Origin: Octopus sinensis
Lineage: Eukaryota
Assembly: GCF_006345805.1 (NCBI RefSeq)
Contig: NC_043004.1
Location: 98,518,001-98,582,000, forward strand
Direction: 5' to 3'
Length of the DNA stretch: 64,000 nt
Positions within the stretch are counted from its first letter, which is position 1. Each line of letters begins with the position of its first letter. Position numbers and translations under genes: made by a program. This document shows, one piece after another, positions 13,207 through 27,120 of this stretch. The notes beneath the pieces were generated by a model. It saw nothing but the letters and a program-made list of their open reading frames with translations. It was not told the DNA's origin and made no database searches.

Positions 13207-13449
13207 CTAATTTCTCTTCTTCATTTTCAAACAAAGAGACAATATCCAAGATGCTAGGTTCTTTACTTTTCATGGGAATTAAATTTATCAAACTCTTCTT
13301 CAAATTGTCCTCTGGACAAATAGTTGCTGAGTGTACATTATTACAGGTTTCACTGGATTTTGCATTTTAACCTGTTCTACAACATTTTACCATATGTCTA
13401 CTTCAAAGAATTCCATATTTAATCATTGTTTTCCATCAAGAACAGCATG
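13207..13449 (-). pseudogene. 243-nt exon remnant with stops and a frameshift
   Basis: Acceptor gtgtttgtgttttctag, donor G|gtaagt; starts HAVLDGKQ*LNMEFFEVDIW*NVVEQ; ends in a different frame ...SILDIVSLFENEEEKL. Confidence 0.45.
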
Positions 13450-13654
13450 CTAGAAAACACAAACACTAAAGAATCTATCTTTTAGCCAGGACAGCAAGTT
13501 AGAAAAACAAACATAGTTGAGAGCATAATTAAATGCTTCACTGCTTTTTAGATTAATACATCTTTAATCTAAGCTTGAATTCCTGACAGAAGAGGGGTCT
13601 GAGTTTACATTATATCATACCAATCATCAGTAGAAATAAGCACCAATAAATAAG

Positions 13655-13910
13655 CACCGAAAAGCTCTACCTGCAACGATTTCATCTCAATCGAAGGAGA
13701 GGAGCTTTCTCCGTCCGGGTTGCGGATCCGTGGAACAAGCTGCCAGACGAGATGGTGAAGATGCCGACGACCGCTTTGTTCAAAGCCTCCCTGGACCTCA
13801 AGTGGCCTGAACTCTTTACATGAACACCACCCTGTACTTAACTCCATGTCCCCCTACATGGCCTTGCTATTTGCTTTTGAGCCAAATTAACTAACTAACT
13901 AACTAACTAA
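13655..13910 (+). mobile_element. CR1/L2-type LINE 3' end
   Basis: LYLQRFHLNRRRGAFSVRVADPWNKLPDEMV...FKASLD; (AACT)n tail. Confidence 0.85.
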
Positions 13911-14496
13911 TATACCAAAGTAGCTTTTCTCACCTGAATCTGCTTCCATATAAAATGTAGTATTCGTTTTTATCAAAGATATCCATGATTGTATAATGAT
14001 GACTTGTTTCTGCTTGGAATTACACATATTGTATTACTTGTATTTCATCAACTTAATAATTGAAACCTTAGTAACAAATATCCCTGTTGGTTCCAATAGA
14101 AAACATTTATAGCTATACAACTGAGATAAACATGTTAATAAGAGCCAGAGACAATTTCATCAAATGCGACATACCGGTCATATAAGACAACAAAAGGATC
14201 TTGTATGTGACAGCTCAACATGCAAGAAATACTACCAAAGTGTTTCTCAAATCATACTCTAGTCTTAAAAAGAGGATGACATAATTCTAGTTTGCGTTCA
14301 TTAAAAAAAATTTTTTTATGGTTCACTTTTCCATGCTTAGATGGGTTAGATGGAGGCCCATTTCCTACAACCAGATGCCCTTCCTGATCTTGATTCCAAG
14401 AAGGATCTATTTCTGCATGGCCAGACATGCTTTTGCACACACACACAAACACACATACATATATAAATACCCACATGTACAAAAACACACGTATAT

Positions 14497-14850
14497 ATCA
14501 TCATCACCACCACCATCATTTAACGTCTGTTGTCCATGCTGGCATGGGTTGGATGGTTTGATCAGAGCTGGTAAGCTGGCAAGCTGCACCAGACTCCAGT
14601 CTGATTTGGCATCGTTTCTACAGCTGGATGCCCTTCCTAACACTAACCATTTTACAGAGAGGACGGGACTTTCACGTGGCACTACACAGGCATTTTATAT
14701 GACTCTGCAAGGGTGCTTGTATATGGCACCATACAGGTGCTTTTATGTGGAACTGCATGGACATTTTTTTATGACATTACACAGATGCTTTTTATGTAGA
14801 ACCAGCCATCATGAGTGCTTTTCACCACCAGAGGGACTGGTCTTAACACT
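14497..14850 (-). mobile_element. Same (GAT)n-tailed family
   Basis: tttaacgtctgttgtccatgctggcatgggttgga...cagctggatgcccttcctaa. Confidence 0.65.
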
Positions 14851-15074
14851 TCTGCTGTGGAATACGGGTCTTCTTCAGTATAGCAAGGCACCAGGTATCT
14901 CAGTACATATTCATATACATACACACACAAACACACATATACATGTATGTATATATATATATATGTATATATGTATGTGTATATATGTATATATATGTGT
15001 ATGTATATAGATATAGATATATACATATAAACACACACACACATATATATATATACATACATACATATATAAAT

Positions 15075-15212
15075 ATCATCATCATCATCATCATCGTTTA
15101 GCGTCCGTTTTCCATGCTAGCATGGGTTGGACGGTTCTACTGGGGTCTGTGAAGCCAGAAGGCTTCATCAGGCCCAGTCAAATCTGGCAGTGTTTCTATG
15201 GCTGGATGCCCT
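15075..15212 (-). mobile_element. Same (GAT)n-tailed family
   Basis: catcgtttagcgtccgttttccatgctagcatgggttggacgg. Confidence 0.7.
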
Positions 15213-15496
15213 TATATATATGTATAAAAACCAGCTTAGAGAAGAAGAAGAAACGAAACAAAACAAAACGAATCGAATCGATGTATGTATGTATGTATAT
15301 ATACATGCCTGTGCAGAGCATACACTGTGCCAAAAAAGAAAATACTAATTCTTGGATGTTCACAGCTGCAATAATTATCATGAGAGGTCTTTTAGATAAG
15401 GGTCAACCTTGAATTAAGCAATAACACTCGTCATATTTGTAACACAAATAAAAATGTGACAAAACCAAATAAAATTTTAGCTAAACCTGGGAATCA

Positions 15497-15830
15497 TCAT
15501 CATCATCATCAGGTTGAGCTTTCTTGGAGTTGTATGACTGATCTTTAACTCATCTTTATCTTCTTGGATGAGAAATAATGCCCCTCAGTGGCAACCAGTG
15601 CCATCTGTTCACTGAATGACAGATGTCTTCACGAGGCAGCTAATGTGATTATGATCATGTTAGAATATCCAATGTAAGGTGTCACTAGCCAACATCTCTT
15701 TATTTCTCTTATGCCACCCAATAATTCTGGAAGCTCGTTGCACAGACTTTCTTTGGCAAGTTGATATTTCCAGGTCACGTTGAAAATGGCACGAAGCAAG
15801 CATGTACAGATGATACCCTTAGGTGATGTC
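15497..15830 (-). mobile_element. RTE-like LINE 3' end (decayed)
   Basis: CLLRAIFNVTWKYQL...; (GAT)n tail. Confidence 0.6.
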
Positions 15831-17934
15831 AGTTAGTGTTCATCTGCAGGTATCCTGGTAGAAGAGCAATGAAATATATCATACGTTTAATCAAAATAGT
15901 AAAAATTAAAAACACAAAACAAATTTAGTATCTAAAAGCATCTTTTTTTTTTACTTGTTTAAATCATTAGATTGTGGCCATGCTGGGGCACTACCTTGAG
16001 GAGTATTTACTCAAATGAATTAACCACAGTATTGTTTTCTTTTAACTCGCCATGCTAGAAACAGAAGCAAAACTTTTGAAATTATATACTGCTGTTTCTA
16101 AAATTTGACAAAAATATAACATGTGCACAAACAAACAAAAAGGAACGCAGTGTAAATAACGGACAGAGTCAAGACTATTGAAAAGGTTGCAAGACGCAAC
16201 AAAAATTTTAGGAAAATAAAAATAAGAAATAAGTGGAAATTTTACCGGTGAGTGTGTTAAATTATAAGACACAAAAAGAAAATGACTCTCCCCAGACACA
16301 ACAGAATATGCTTCAACACACGAACTCTTATAAAGAATTTTGCAAACCAAATCCAAAAACGAAATAACTAAAAGAGAAACATATATAAGATAATATTGTT
16401 CTGGAGGCTTCATCATTATATCCAAGACAGGACAGCCATGAATGGAATATTTTTGATCATGGGCCTACTGGATAAAGTTTGACCTGGGGCTGAAGAACAA
16501 CAGCAACAATTATAACAATGCATGAAACTTATTTTTATTTTTTATTTTATTTTTATGGAAGACTGCTTTATAAACCATTAGAAACCATATTTTATCCAAT
16601 TTATTGCAGACTAAATTTAGAATATTGTTGTTATTTATAAATCCATAAATCTCACACTTGCTTCCCATAATGGATAAAATGAAACAAACAAGAAATGAAA
16701 GATAAATAAGAAAAATACAACAGACTCTCTTTATATATATCTTACTCTGTCTTCATATATATTTCTCTACATTCTCTCTACCTCTCTCTCTCTCTCTCTC
16801 TCTCTCTCCTGTTTTCATTTGCTTAAAACTAACTTCCCAACATGATTAATCCTTTTCCACTAATTCTAAAGAATTTCTATAAATAAAAATGGAAAATTAG
16901 GAACCAATCTTATATTTCTAAGGGCCATTCTGTGACTTTGACAGTTTTATATAATTTTTCAAAAATACCATACTTTTTCTTGGAATGCTGAAAAATTAAT
17001 AAATGTTGGTTTCTTACTTTCTTTTCTTGTTTGTCTGTCTGTTAGTCTGTTTTGTTCTTGTATATGTTCATATTGATTGCAATGAACTGGGTTAATGGAC
17101 TCTTCAAAATACAGTTAAATTTAGATCGAATTCACTTTATAATTCTCAGTCCTCTTCTTTTCTCCTTATCTCCCACTTTCTTTATTTTGTTCCTCATATA
17201 TTCTTCCCCTGTTGCTCTCTCTCTCTCTATCTCTATCTCTCCTCTCTTTTTTTCTCTCTCCCTATGTCTATATGTCTGTTCTTGTTTAACACTACATGTT
17301 TCTTTTTTCTTTCTTTAACTGTCTACATGTCTCTCTTTCTCTCCTTCTGTCTGCCTTTTACACGCTGCAAGTTTCCCCCCCCCCATTCCCTGTCTCTGCT
17401 TTCTTGTGTATATATCTCTTTCCCCTCTCTCAAACTTATGTCAATTATTCCTCCTTCCCCACTCTCTTTATCTCTCTGTCTCCTTATCAAACAATCTATG
17501 GGTGTCTTTCATCACTAAATCTATCCATTCATCTCTTCACATTTATGTCATTTGACCTCTCACTGCATCACCACACACTTTTCCTTAATAAAATATATAT
17601 GTGAAAGTGTGTGTATGCATGTGTATGTATGAGTGCTTCTTTGCATACGCTTATATATATACATAGGTGTGTTTAGTGACCATTATACAACAGGTGACAT
17701 TCTAATCATTCACCGTTTTACCATTTTTATTGGATCAATGTGTAAGCAATATTCACTCAGTCATTTGGCAACATAATGAAACACAAAAAATTCTTAAGAT
17801 GGAATTTAAGGCAATTTCTTTCAGTTCTTTTTGCCTTGTATTTACAAGACAGAAGCACATGTCTCCTATACTCTCCTCACATAAAAAATGAACTTGAATA
17901 CAAGAATGTATGCATAACACTGTTTTTACAACTT

Positions 17935-18076
17935 ATTGGTTACATATAGATTTTACAATCACATTCATACTCCATCTCTGTTGCACATCTTCATGCAAAC
18001 TTTGCCTCTGTTTTAGTGCAATTTGAAACTTATACTTTTTCTCAACATGCACTAATTTAAACCTTTATTTCATAAC
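17935..18076 (-). pseudogene. LRR C-terminal cap-like exon remnant
   Basis: ttcttccaaag|VMK*RFKLVHVEKKYKFQIALKQRQSLHEDVQQRWSMNVIVKSICNQ*. Confidence 0.35.
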
Positions 18077-18312
18077 CTTTGGAAGAACACATGTTGTAGA
18101 ACTACTTTGAATTAAAGTATAGATTGTACTGTGGTAAAAATTAAATAAAGAAAAGCTGTTATATTTAATTTATTATTGAGATCTTGGGAATTTTATTTTG
18201 TCGATGACACCAATGTGATTGGACATCAGATATATATACACTTTACTGTTGTCAGCTCTCTCGGTATTATTTTTTATCTTGGTGACACATGAATAAATAG
18301 TGCAGTAAACAT

Positions 18313-18688
18313 TTATAGGTGCATTTTGATATAATTTGACAACATACATTTAAAGTGCATCAATATTATCTTCATCTCCCTGTACCGGTGGCCTCTATTT
18401 TCAGTCAAGCCAATCTGTTTGTAACAAAATCTACATAATTTTCTGAATTTGTACTCAAACACTGCTGTCACCATTATGACATATGAATCTAGATACAACT
18501 TGTGAATACCATCAGATACCATTATCTTCAAAAGTGGGTAGTTCAGTAGTGATACAACAGTGCCAAGATGTGTTTTCAAAGCTAACTTGTTTCAGTGGAA
18601 ACTCACAGCTCATGTGGTTATGCCATAGAATAATAAAATCAAGAAGCATTTTTCTTAGTTTCCTGTAGCTTTCGCAATACAGATCTTT
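18313..18688 (-). pseudogene. LRRIQ1: Main LRR exon remnant (LRRIQ1-like), frameshifted
   Basis: ttgtag|KDLYCESYRKLRKMLLDFIILWHNHMSC...TELPTFEDNGI* (58 codons open), then shifted frame IHKLYLDSYVIMVTAVF...KQIGLTENR; LxxLxLD periodicity. Confidence 0.5.
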
Positions 18689-18969
18689 CTACAATAAACA
18701 ATTCCTTTTACCTTGAGATTCATAATTAATTAAAATACAGGGGGGGTCAGGGACATACACCAAATACACATGTTAGCTGAAATGTTAATTCTGTTCCACA
18801 TTCTTATTCTAAATTTTCACTGGAATGAGAGCACATACTGTACTGACTTCCAGCTGACTCAGTTGTATGAAAGAACACACTCTGCATACTTTTTACAGAC
18901 TCACTTGTACAATAGCACACTTATTACTGAGATAATTTGCAAGAAGTACATCCTATATATTCACCTCAA

Positions 18970-19489
18970 AATTTCGCTCGTACAAAAGTACACATCACTT
19001 TTGAACAGTTAACCTTACTAAACGTTATCTGTAGGGTGCCAAGAATATAACTTTGTGTTTGGATCATGTTGAATATGATGAGAAAAGCATTAAAGGTAAG
19101 ATAACCTATGCCCTCCAGATATGTAGCCCACCAACATCATTAGTAAAGGAAATTAAGATATAACATTATTTGGTTTATAGTTTCTCACCCGACGCACAAA
19201 CAACTGTAACTAAAATCTTTTTTAACATAGGTTCACTTGAACAGCACACTGGAAGACATCATTTGCATTTGTGATTAGCAATTGTAATTGGAATGTTTCT
19301 CTCAGTCCTTTAGTCATATTATCTACTGCATGGTGTATTCCTGTTAGCATGTTTGTATGACACTCTCTTTTCAATACCATTTTCGTTTTGAAGCTTATTG
19401 ATTGCATCCCTTCCAACAAACTTGACTTTAAATTGATGGGAAAGCAATGATTTAGAATGCTTTCTTGCGTTTGTTGAAGAAAACTGTTG
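18970..19489 (+). mobile_element. Possible very old LINE remnant, split by the MULE
   Basis: KGKITYALQICSPPTS and AFVEENC resemble APE motifs; sequence continues past the MULE TSD at 20666. Confidence 0.3.
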
Positions 19490-20656
19490 GGATCTTTTCT
19501 ATTCTGAAGCCAGGACCACAGATCTTTCTACTTAACTAAATAATCTGAAACTTCGTATGCTGATAGAGTCTAGCAAAACAAGACACAGGTTGGAACTAGT
19601 TTATTTGAGAAAAATCTATTTTATGACTTTAATCGTAGATTAAAACTGCGAATTTTAACCAATCAGATTGTTTGTTTTCATGTGTAAAACTTGACTGCAT
19701 TCTATTAGTGTGACGTAGAAAGCGCTTTTGTGACGTACTAACGTTCGGAAAACTGTAAACAAACACGGCAGACGAAATACGGCTACGCATTTCGCCCGGC
19801 GGGCTAACGTTTCTGCCAGCTCTTTGCTTTTTTAATATTAAATTTCGGCGAAGTTTCGCTTGTCGTAGCACAAGTTTTCCGTCGATTTCCGTAAAAAACT
19901 TTTATTTTTTTACATAAGTAATGAGAGCGAAAGAGACTAAGAGGAAGCGATTTTATGACGAGGGAAGTTTGTCTTTGAAGTTACCGTCTAGGGGAAGCAT
20001 TGATGTACATGTGTGTGTGTGTGTGTGTTTGATGGGGTGTGGGAGACAGTATGTTGTGTAAGTGAAGTGCTTCTGTTAGTGTGTGTGAAGAGACAGAGAG
20101 AGTAATGTGTGAAAGAGAGAGATAACTGAAATTTTTTACTCGGTGTATGTGTATATGTATGTCTGCATGTATGTGTGTGTGTGTATGTATCTATGTATGT
20201 ATGGCCAATTCATCGTAATTACGATTACGATGAATCGGCTATACATACATACACACACACACATACATACACACACACACATACTTACACATACATACAC
20301 ACACACATACATGCAGACATACAGAATGGAAACATTTTCAATTTAATACATGTGGCTTATTAACTAGTTTTAAATATTGTTATTAGAAGGTGGCTGACTT
20401 GTTTACATTTAAGATGTTAAATACGTCACGAAATTGGTGGTTGAGACGGAGTAAATAAAATAAAGCCGAATGACGGAATATCATTGGTTAAAATTCTAAT
20501 TATTAAACAACGTTAAACTTAGAAGTTACAATTCCGTTTTCATTCTGGTTTACAATTAAGTTTACTTTTGACACATTCTACCAGTATACGAAGTTTCAAA
20601 TTGTTTGGTTCAGTAGGAAAAATTTGAAAAAACTGGCCTCAAAATAGAAAAGATCC
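19490..20656. mobile_element. Non-autonomous Mutator-like element (MULE)
   Basis: ~90-bp imperfect TIRs starting GGATCTTTTCTATT; perfect 9-bp TSD AAACTGTTG (19481-19489, 20657-20665). Confidence 0.85.
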
Positions 20657-20797
20657 AAACTGTTGTACTGATTCCCATTCCAAAGAAGGTGACATTTTAC
20701 ATAAACGCTGTGTTGTTTTAGTGGCTTTATTGGATTAATTAGACAATAGTAATTTCTCTGTCATTTTGTTATATAAAGAGGAGCTTAAAAGGAATTT

Positions 20798-20834
<37 letters not shown>

Positions 20835-20845
<11 letters not shown>

Positions 20846-21022
20846 TATACATATATACGACAGGCTTCTTTCAGTTTCCGTCTACCAAATCCACTCACAA
20901 GGCATTGGTCGGCCCGGGGCTCTAGCAGAAGACACTTGCCCAAGATGCCACGCAGTGGGACTGAACCCAGAACCATGTGGTTTGTTAGCAAGCTACTTAC
21001 CACACAGCCACTCCGGCGCCTA
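20835..21022 (-). mobile_element. SINE family A, 5' half
   Basis: Head to microsatellite only. Confidence 0.9.
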
Positions 21023-21105
21023 TGTATAAATAAATAAACTCATGAGGTACATGCAGAACACTGAAATTCCAGACAACAATATATCTGATTTCTATAAACA
21101 AAGAC

Positions 21106-21196
21106 CTGCTCTCAAATTAGATTTATTGATCTGATGTGACAGTGTTTACTGACTGGGTGCACAATAAGATCAAACATTGCAATGTCACAAAGTCCC
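21106..21196 (-). pseudogene. LRR-like exon remnant
   Basis: AG..GT bounded; GLCDIAMFDLIVHPVSKHCHIRSINLI*EQ. Confidence 0.25.
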
Positions 21197-21347
21197 CTTA
21201 CATAAAAGTGAAATATGTATGTTGTGAAATCACATCATCTGAAGGAAGCGTAAATCTATATCTCTATTGATCTATCTACCTGTCTGTCTGTCTATCTATC
21301 TATCTACCTAACTATCTATCTATATATATATATATGTATATGTGTAT

Positions 21348-21727
21348 ATGGTACTCCATTGGTTGTGACGACGAGGGTTCCAGTCAATCCAATCAGTAGA
21401 ACAGCCAGCTCATGAAATTAACGTGCAAGTGGCTGAGCATTCCGCAAGCATGTGCACCCTTAATGTAGTTCTCAGGGAGATTCAGCATGACGCAGTGTGT
21501 GACAAGGCTAGCCCTTTGAAATACAGGTACAACAGAAACAGGAAAAAAGAGTGAGAGAAAGCTGGGGTGAAAGATACAGCAGGGTTCGCCACCACCACCC
21601 CTGCTGGAGCCTCATGGAACTTTAGTTATTTTTGTTCAATAAACATTGACAACGCCCGGTCTGGGAATCGACACTGCAATCCCACAACCACGAGTTCACT
21701 GCCCTAACCACTGGGCCATTGTGCCTC
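21348..21727 (-). mobile_element. SINE family C (older)
   Basis: Reverse full copy. Confidence 0.85.
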
Positions 21728-21793
21728 TACTACATATATATATGTGTGTGTGTGTATAGGTGTGTATGTATATCCACATAATGTATGTGAATG

Positions 21794-21843
<50 letters not shown>

Positions 21844-22194
21844 TTTATGTATGCATATGTATGTGTAAAATTTTCTGTTCTGTTTATTAACTCTCTATCA
21901 TTTCTTATAGAAAGCAATTAAAAATGTAGCCAACAGTTAACTAGTGCAATTGAATATGAATTAATCAAAGAATGCTAATTTGTAAAGCAAAAAAGACTTG
22001 AAGTATTCACATAAGTATTTGGTAATTAAACTCATGTGATATTCTCGAAAATAAATCTAAGCTTCCAGTCATTGAGAAGTTACACTAATACAGATTTGCT
22101 TATAAAATAACACTGTTTATTTCTAAGAAGTGAAAAAAATTAAAAAAAACCTTTTGCTGTACTAGTCATGATCATAAAATTAAGATTAATAATA

Positions 22195-22199
22195 ATATC

Positions 22200-22238
<39 letters not shown>

Positions 22239-22851
22239 TAGCAATCATAACAAGGAAGATGATGGTTATGATAATGAAGATGACAACAATGAAGATGAAG
22301 CCGACAAAAACAACAATGAAGAGGAGGAGGGGAAGCTGAAGAGGAAGTGTAAGAGGGGAAGAGGAAGAGAGGAAGAAGAAGAGTAAGAGTAAGAGGGAAA
22401 GAAGAAGAGGAAGAGGGGAAGGGGAAGAGGAAGGGAGGAAGAGGAAGAGGGGAAGGGCAAGTGGAAGAGGGGAAGAGGGGAAGTGGAAGAGGGGAAGTGG
22501 AATAGGTGAAGAGAAGAAGAGTAAGAGGGGAAGAGAGGAAGTGGAAGAGGGGAAGAGGGGAAGTGGAAGAAAAAGAGAGGAAGAGGAAGAGGAAGGGGAA
22601 GAGGGGAGAAGAGAGGAAGAGTAAGAGAGGAGGAGGAGGAAGAGGAAGTGAGGAGGGGGAAGTGGAAGAGAGGAGGAGGAAGTGGAAGATAGCAATAATG
22701 AAAATAATGATTATGAAGATAAAATGTAATGATATTGGAATTAATAATAGTATTGGTAAGTGTAATACAAATGATACTGACGGTAACGATAAGAATAATA
22801 TAAATAATATTAATTAGCTAGAAAAATTATCTGGGTGTAAGGAAGAATCTG

Positions 22852-22923
<72 letters not shown>

Positions 22924-22929
22924 TGATAA

Positions 22930-22976
<47 letters not shown>

Positions 22977-23009
22977 GTAATAATAATGATAAAAATAATA
23001 ATAATAATG

Positions 23010-23056
<47 letters not shown>

Positions 23057-23078
23057 GATAATAATAATAATAATACTC

Positions 23079-23115
<37 letters not shown>

Positions 23116-23121
23116 TAATAA

Positions 23122-23173
<52 letters not shown>

Positions 23174-23175
23174 AA

Positions 23176-23206
<31 letters not shown>

Positions 23207-23220
23207 AATAATCATAATAA

Positions 23221-23262
<42 letters not shown>

Positions 23263-23290
23263 ATAATTATAATAATAATAATAATAATCA
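22195..23290. repeat. (AGT)n, polypurine (GAA/GAG) tract and ~430-bp (TAA)n
   Basis: Direct reading. Confidence 0.95.
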
Positions 23291-23598
23291 TTCATCTGTT
23301 CACACTATGGTGTTAGGATAAAATATTGATGATATGAATATATAATTGAGTGTTTAGTATTAGAGATATGATGGTGTTAGTAGGTTGGAAACAAGAGATG
23401 AAAATATTAGGGCAAGTTGTAATAAAATGCATAAGAATGCTGAGTTTATGCAAATAGATAATGCAAGATTGATAAGGAAATAGATAATTATAAACTTAGT
23501 AGATACCGTCAGAGTTACATCGAGATACATCGAGAAATATAGGCAATAATTTGTGATTAGGATCAGTAAATGTAAGGGGAAAATATAAAGAAAAAACA

Positions 23599-24015
23599 AA
23601 GGCGCAGGAGTGGCTGTGTGGTAAGTAGCTTGCTAACCAACCACATCATTCCGGGTTCAGTCCCACTGCATGGCATCTTGGGCAAGTGTCTTCTGCTATA
23701 GCCCCGGGCCGACCAATGCCTTGTGAGTGGATTTGGTAGACGGAAACTGAAAGAAGCCAGTCGTATATATGTATATATGTATAAGTGTGTGTGTATATGT
23801 TTGTGTGTCTGTGTTTGTCCCCTAGTATTGCTTGACAACCGATGCTGGTGTGTTTACGTCCCTGTCACTTAGTGATTTGGCGAAAGAGACCGATAGAATA
23901 AGTACTGGGCTTACAAAGAATAAGTCCCGGGGTCGATTTGCTCGACTAAAGGCGGTGCTCCAGCATGGCCGCAGTCAAATGACTGAAACAAGTAAAAGAG
24001 TAAAAGAGAGTAAGA
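23599..24015 (+). mobile_element. SINE family A
   Basis: Full copy. Confidence 0.9.
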
Positions 24016-24056
24016 GTTATTTAAAAAATGTGAGTCTTATAAGACTAATAAGAAAT

Positions 24057-24570
24057 ACACATCATCATCATCATCGCTTAACATCCACTTTCCAAGCTAG
24101 CATGGGTTGGACGATTTGACTGAGGACTGGCAAACCAAATGGCTGCACCAGGCTCCAATCTGATCAGGCAGAGTTTCTACAGCTGGATGCCTTTCCTTAT
24201 GCCAACTACTCTGAGAGTGTAGTGGGTGCTTTCGTGTGCCACCAGCACGAGAGCCAGTCAAGCGGTTCTGGCAACAGCCACACTCAAATGGTGTTTTTTT
24301 ATGTACCACCTGCACAGGAGCCAATCCAGCGGCACTGGCAACGACCTCGCTCGAATGTTTTTTCATGTGCCACCAGCACAAGTGCCAGTAAGGTGGCGCT
24401 GGTAACATTCATGCTTGATTGGTGCTTTTTACATACCACCGGCATGGAAGCCAGTTTGTTGCTCTGGCAACGATCACACTCGGATGGTGCTCTTAGCGCT
24501 CCACTGCCACAGATGCCAGCCATTGAATTTGATTTCGATTTCGATTTCACTTGCCTCAACAGGTCTTCGG
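24057..24570 (-). mobile_element. 5'-truncated retroposon 3' end with (GAT)n tail (RTE-type inferred)
   Basis: ccaacccatgctagc..gaaagtggatgttaa(gat)n; internal gtggcacgtaaaaagcacc subrepeats. Confidence 0.7.
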
Positions 24571-26391
24571 AAAAAAAATGCAAAACAGAAAACCGAATTT
24601 AAATGAATAGATATATGGGTAAGCAAGATGAGTTTAGTTGTAAGTATATTGGTAGGAATGGTTAAGAATGGTTTATTCAAATTACGTATGATTATTTATA
24701 AAGAATAGATATACTTTGAACATTTCTAAGCTATTTGCTCTTGTTTGTCCAGCACTTTACATTCACAATTCAATAATGAAGAAACAACATTTAGGAATTT
24801 CTATTAATTGTTGTGTATTTGTGTGTGTGTGTGTGTATGTCTGTGTGTATGGCGTTTTCTGTTTTACATCTATTTTTCCATACTAACATGCGTTAGACTC
24901 TCTCTCCCTTTTTCTCTCATCCCCTCTCTCTCTCTCTCTCTCTTTCTTTCTTTCAGCGTCAGCAGACGACAAATGCTCATACGTGTATGCAGCTATATAA
25001 ACATTCACTTATGAGAAAGAGACAATGACATACATACTGCCGTATTCACAAATGTGCATTTTATTCTATGCTCATGTCATACCATATCTTTTTTCCTGAC
25101 TTTTGTCTACGGCATGCTGTGAATGCTCTGTAAAAAGCCTGAGTTTATTACAATACATTTAAGCATACACACTTAAGTGTAATTTGAACTTTGTAACAAC
25201 TTTATTTCCTATCGATCAGTCATAATAGATTTATTCAAAAAGAAATAAAAAACAAACATTTGTTGATTTTAACACATGCAGATTATTTTTTCACTTTATT
25301 TATCCAAAAAAATATTCAGAACTTCCTTCATCATTTCCTTAGTTTTGAGAGAAAAAAAAAAGATGTTTTTCACAAGCAAGTTTTAGAAATGTGTTGGTGA
25401 GGAAGATGAAGAGAACGCAAGACTTGAAGTAAAGGCTAAACATTAAACAGTTTAATAAAAATTTATTATCATAAAAGAGTAAAACATGAAAATGTGAATT
25501 GGTTCGGTAAAGAAGAAAAATAAAAGCGTGTACATTCAAAGAGTGTTGTATATATGCTAAAGGTGCTAAATAATTAAGTAGAGGATTAAACTCTTTCATT
25601 TTGGGAAAATAAATAATGAAAAAAGTATTGGAAAGTGAAAATTGTTTATGTATAACATAAATATTTAAAAATATTAATGCATCCAGGAACTGTAAGAAGT
25701 TACATAAATGAGAAGGCAAAATGAAACACTGCAAGAAATGAAGGAATGAACTGCATAAAAAAATTATATTTTACCTTTTTCTAATTAAAATTCAAACCTT
25801 AATATAGGATTAAAAGGGAGTGGCAGGATGGAGTAGAGAAGCGTGATAGAATTAATACAGATAAAAATAAGAAAGGGTAATTATTGGTAAAGGCAGGTAA
25901 ATTATAGATTAAATTTAATTAGCTAAAGAAAATATGAAAACAATCCTAATAAGGTTAAATAACAGAGTAAGTTTAGTGGTAAATTAACAGGGAATGTAAA
26001 AGTTAAAGTGAATATAGAAAGTTATCGAAGTAAAGCATTTAAGTAAAAGAAAAGGGCTTAGAATTTTCTCAAAAATAAAAGTTAAAATGGTGAAGTAAAG
26101 ATACAGAAGATGAGAAAGAATATATCAACAGAGGGGATAAATAGCGAAATGAAAAAAACAAATATAACAGAAAAAGTAAATTACTGAAACTACAAAGTAA
26201 TAGTAGTAAATTTAATTAATAGTCAACAAATAGGTACAGTGGCAGGTAGAATAACAAGCAGCAAGTCTTACTAAAATAGTGGGTTCAAATTTTGCCATGA
26301 GTATAGATTTTATGAAATGTATTACGGCATATAAAATTTTCTTTTAAATGTTACCTACAATTATCATATTTGTAAAAGATTATACTAGATT

Positions 26392-26695
26392 CATCATCAT
26401 CATCATCATCATTTAGCGTCCGCTTTCCATGCTAGCATGGGTTGGACGGTTCAACTGGGGTCTGTGAAGCTGGAAGGCTTCGTCAGGCCCAGTCAGATCT
26501 GGCAGTGTTTCTACGGCTGGATGCCCTTCCTAATGCCAACCACTCCATGAGTGTAGTAGGTGTTTTTTACGTGCCACCTGCACAGGTGCCAGACAGAGCT
26601 GGCAAACGGCCACGAACAGATGGTGCTTTTATGTGCCACCGACACGGGGCCAGACAGAGCTGGCAAACGGCCATGAACGGATGGTGCTTTTACCT
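26392..26695 (-). mobile_element. Same (GAT)n-tailed family
   Basis: Shared tail and subrepeats. Confidence 0.7.
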
Positions 26696-27120
26696 CCTAA
26701 ATTTCCTTCCATGGTTATACGTTTAAACAAAGTGTTTTCTACATGAATTATTCTTCCAACACTTTTTCAGTAATTATGAAAGCATAGTCAATATGGAAAA
26801 TAGAGAAGCATTTTTACATAGGCAATTGTTTGAATAATAGATGTAATAAAAGCTCTTGAAGTAGAGGAGTTGACAAGTGCAAAATGAAGAATATAGTTTT
26901 CAAAGATGTTCTCTTTTAAAACTGAACATTCAGTACTATACATGTGAAGTTCACACCATCTCAAAAACCAAATGCTTAATGAAAAATAACTTCAAAAGAA
27001 ATCATGAATGCCATTGTTCTCTACAGACCTTCCACAATATTACAATTCTTAAAATAATTGTGGAACTTCAACTATATATGTATGTAAACAAAACAAAGAC
27101 GTATATAAAAAGCACAAGGA

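Noticed and set aside
19035-19095. Plus-strand 61-nt exon (tag|GAKNITLCLDHVEYDEKSIK|gtaag)
   Set aside because: No partner exons; context resembles a decayed LINE.
19330-19440. Aminomethyltransferase-like VKFVGRDAINKL on the minus strand
   Set aside because: Short match, no splice sites or neighbouring motifs; likely chance.
19640-19900. CpG-rich promoter-like region (CCAAT, TGACGT, GTAAACA)
   Set aside because: Lies inside the TSD-flanked MULE and includes a SINE head; no evidence of a host TSS.
25339-25734. 131-aa hydrophobic ORF
   Set aside because: Antisense to A-rich sequence, no motif; expected from composition.
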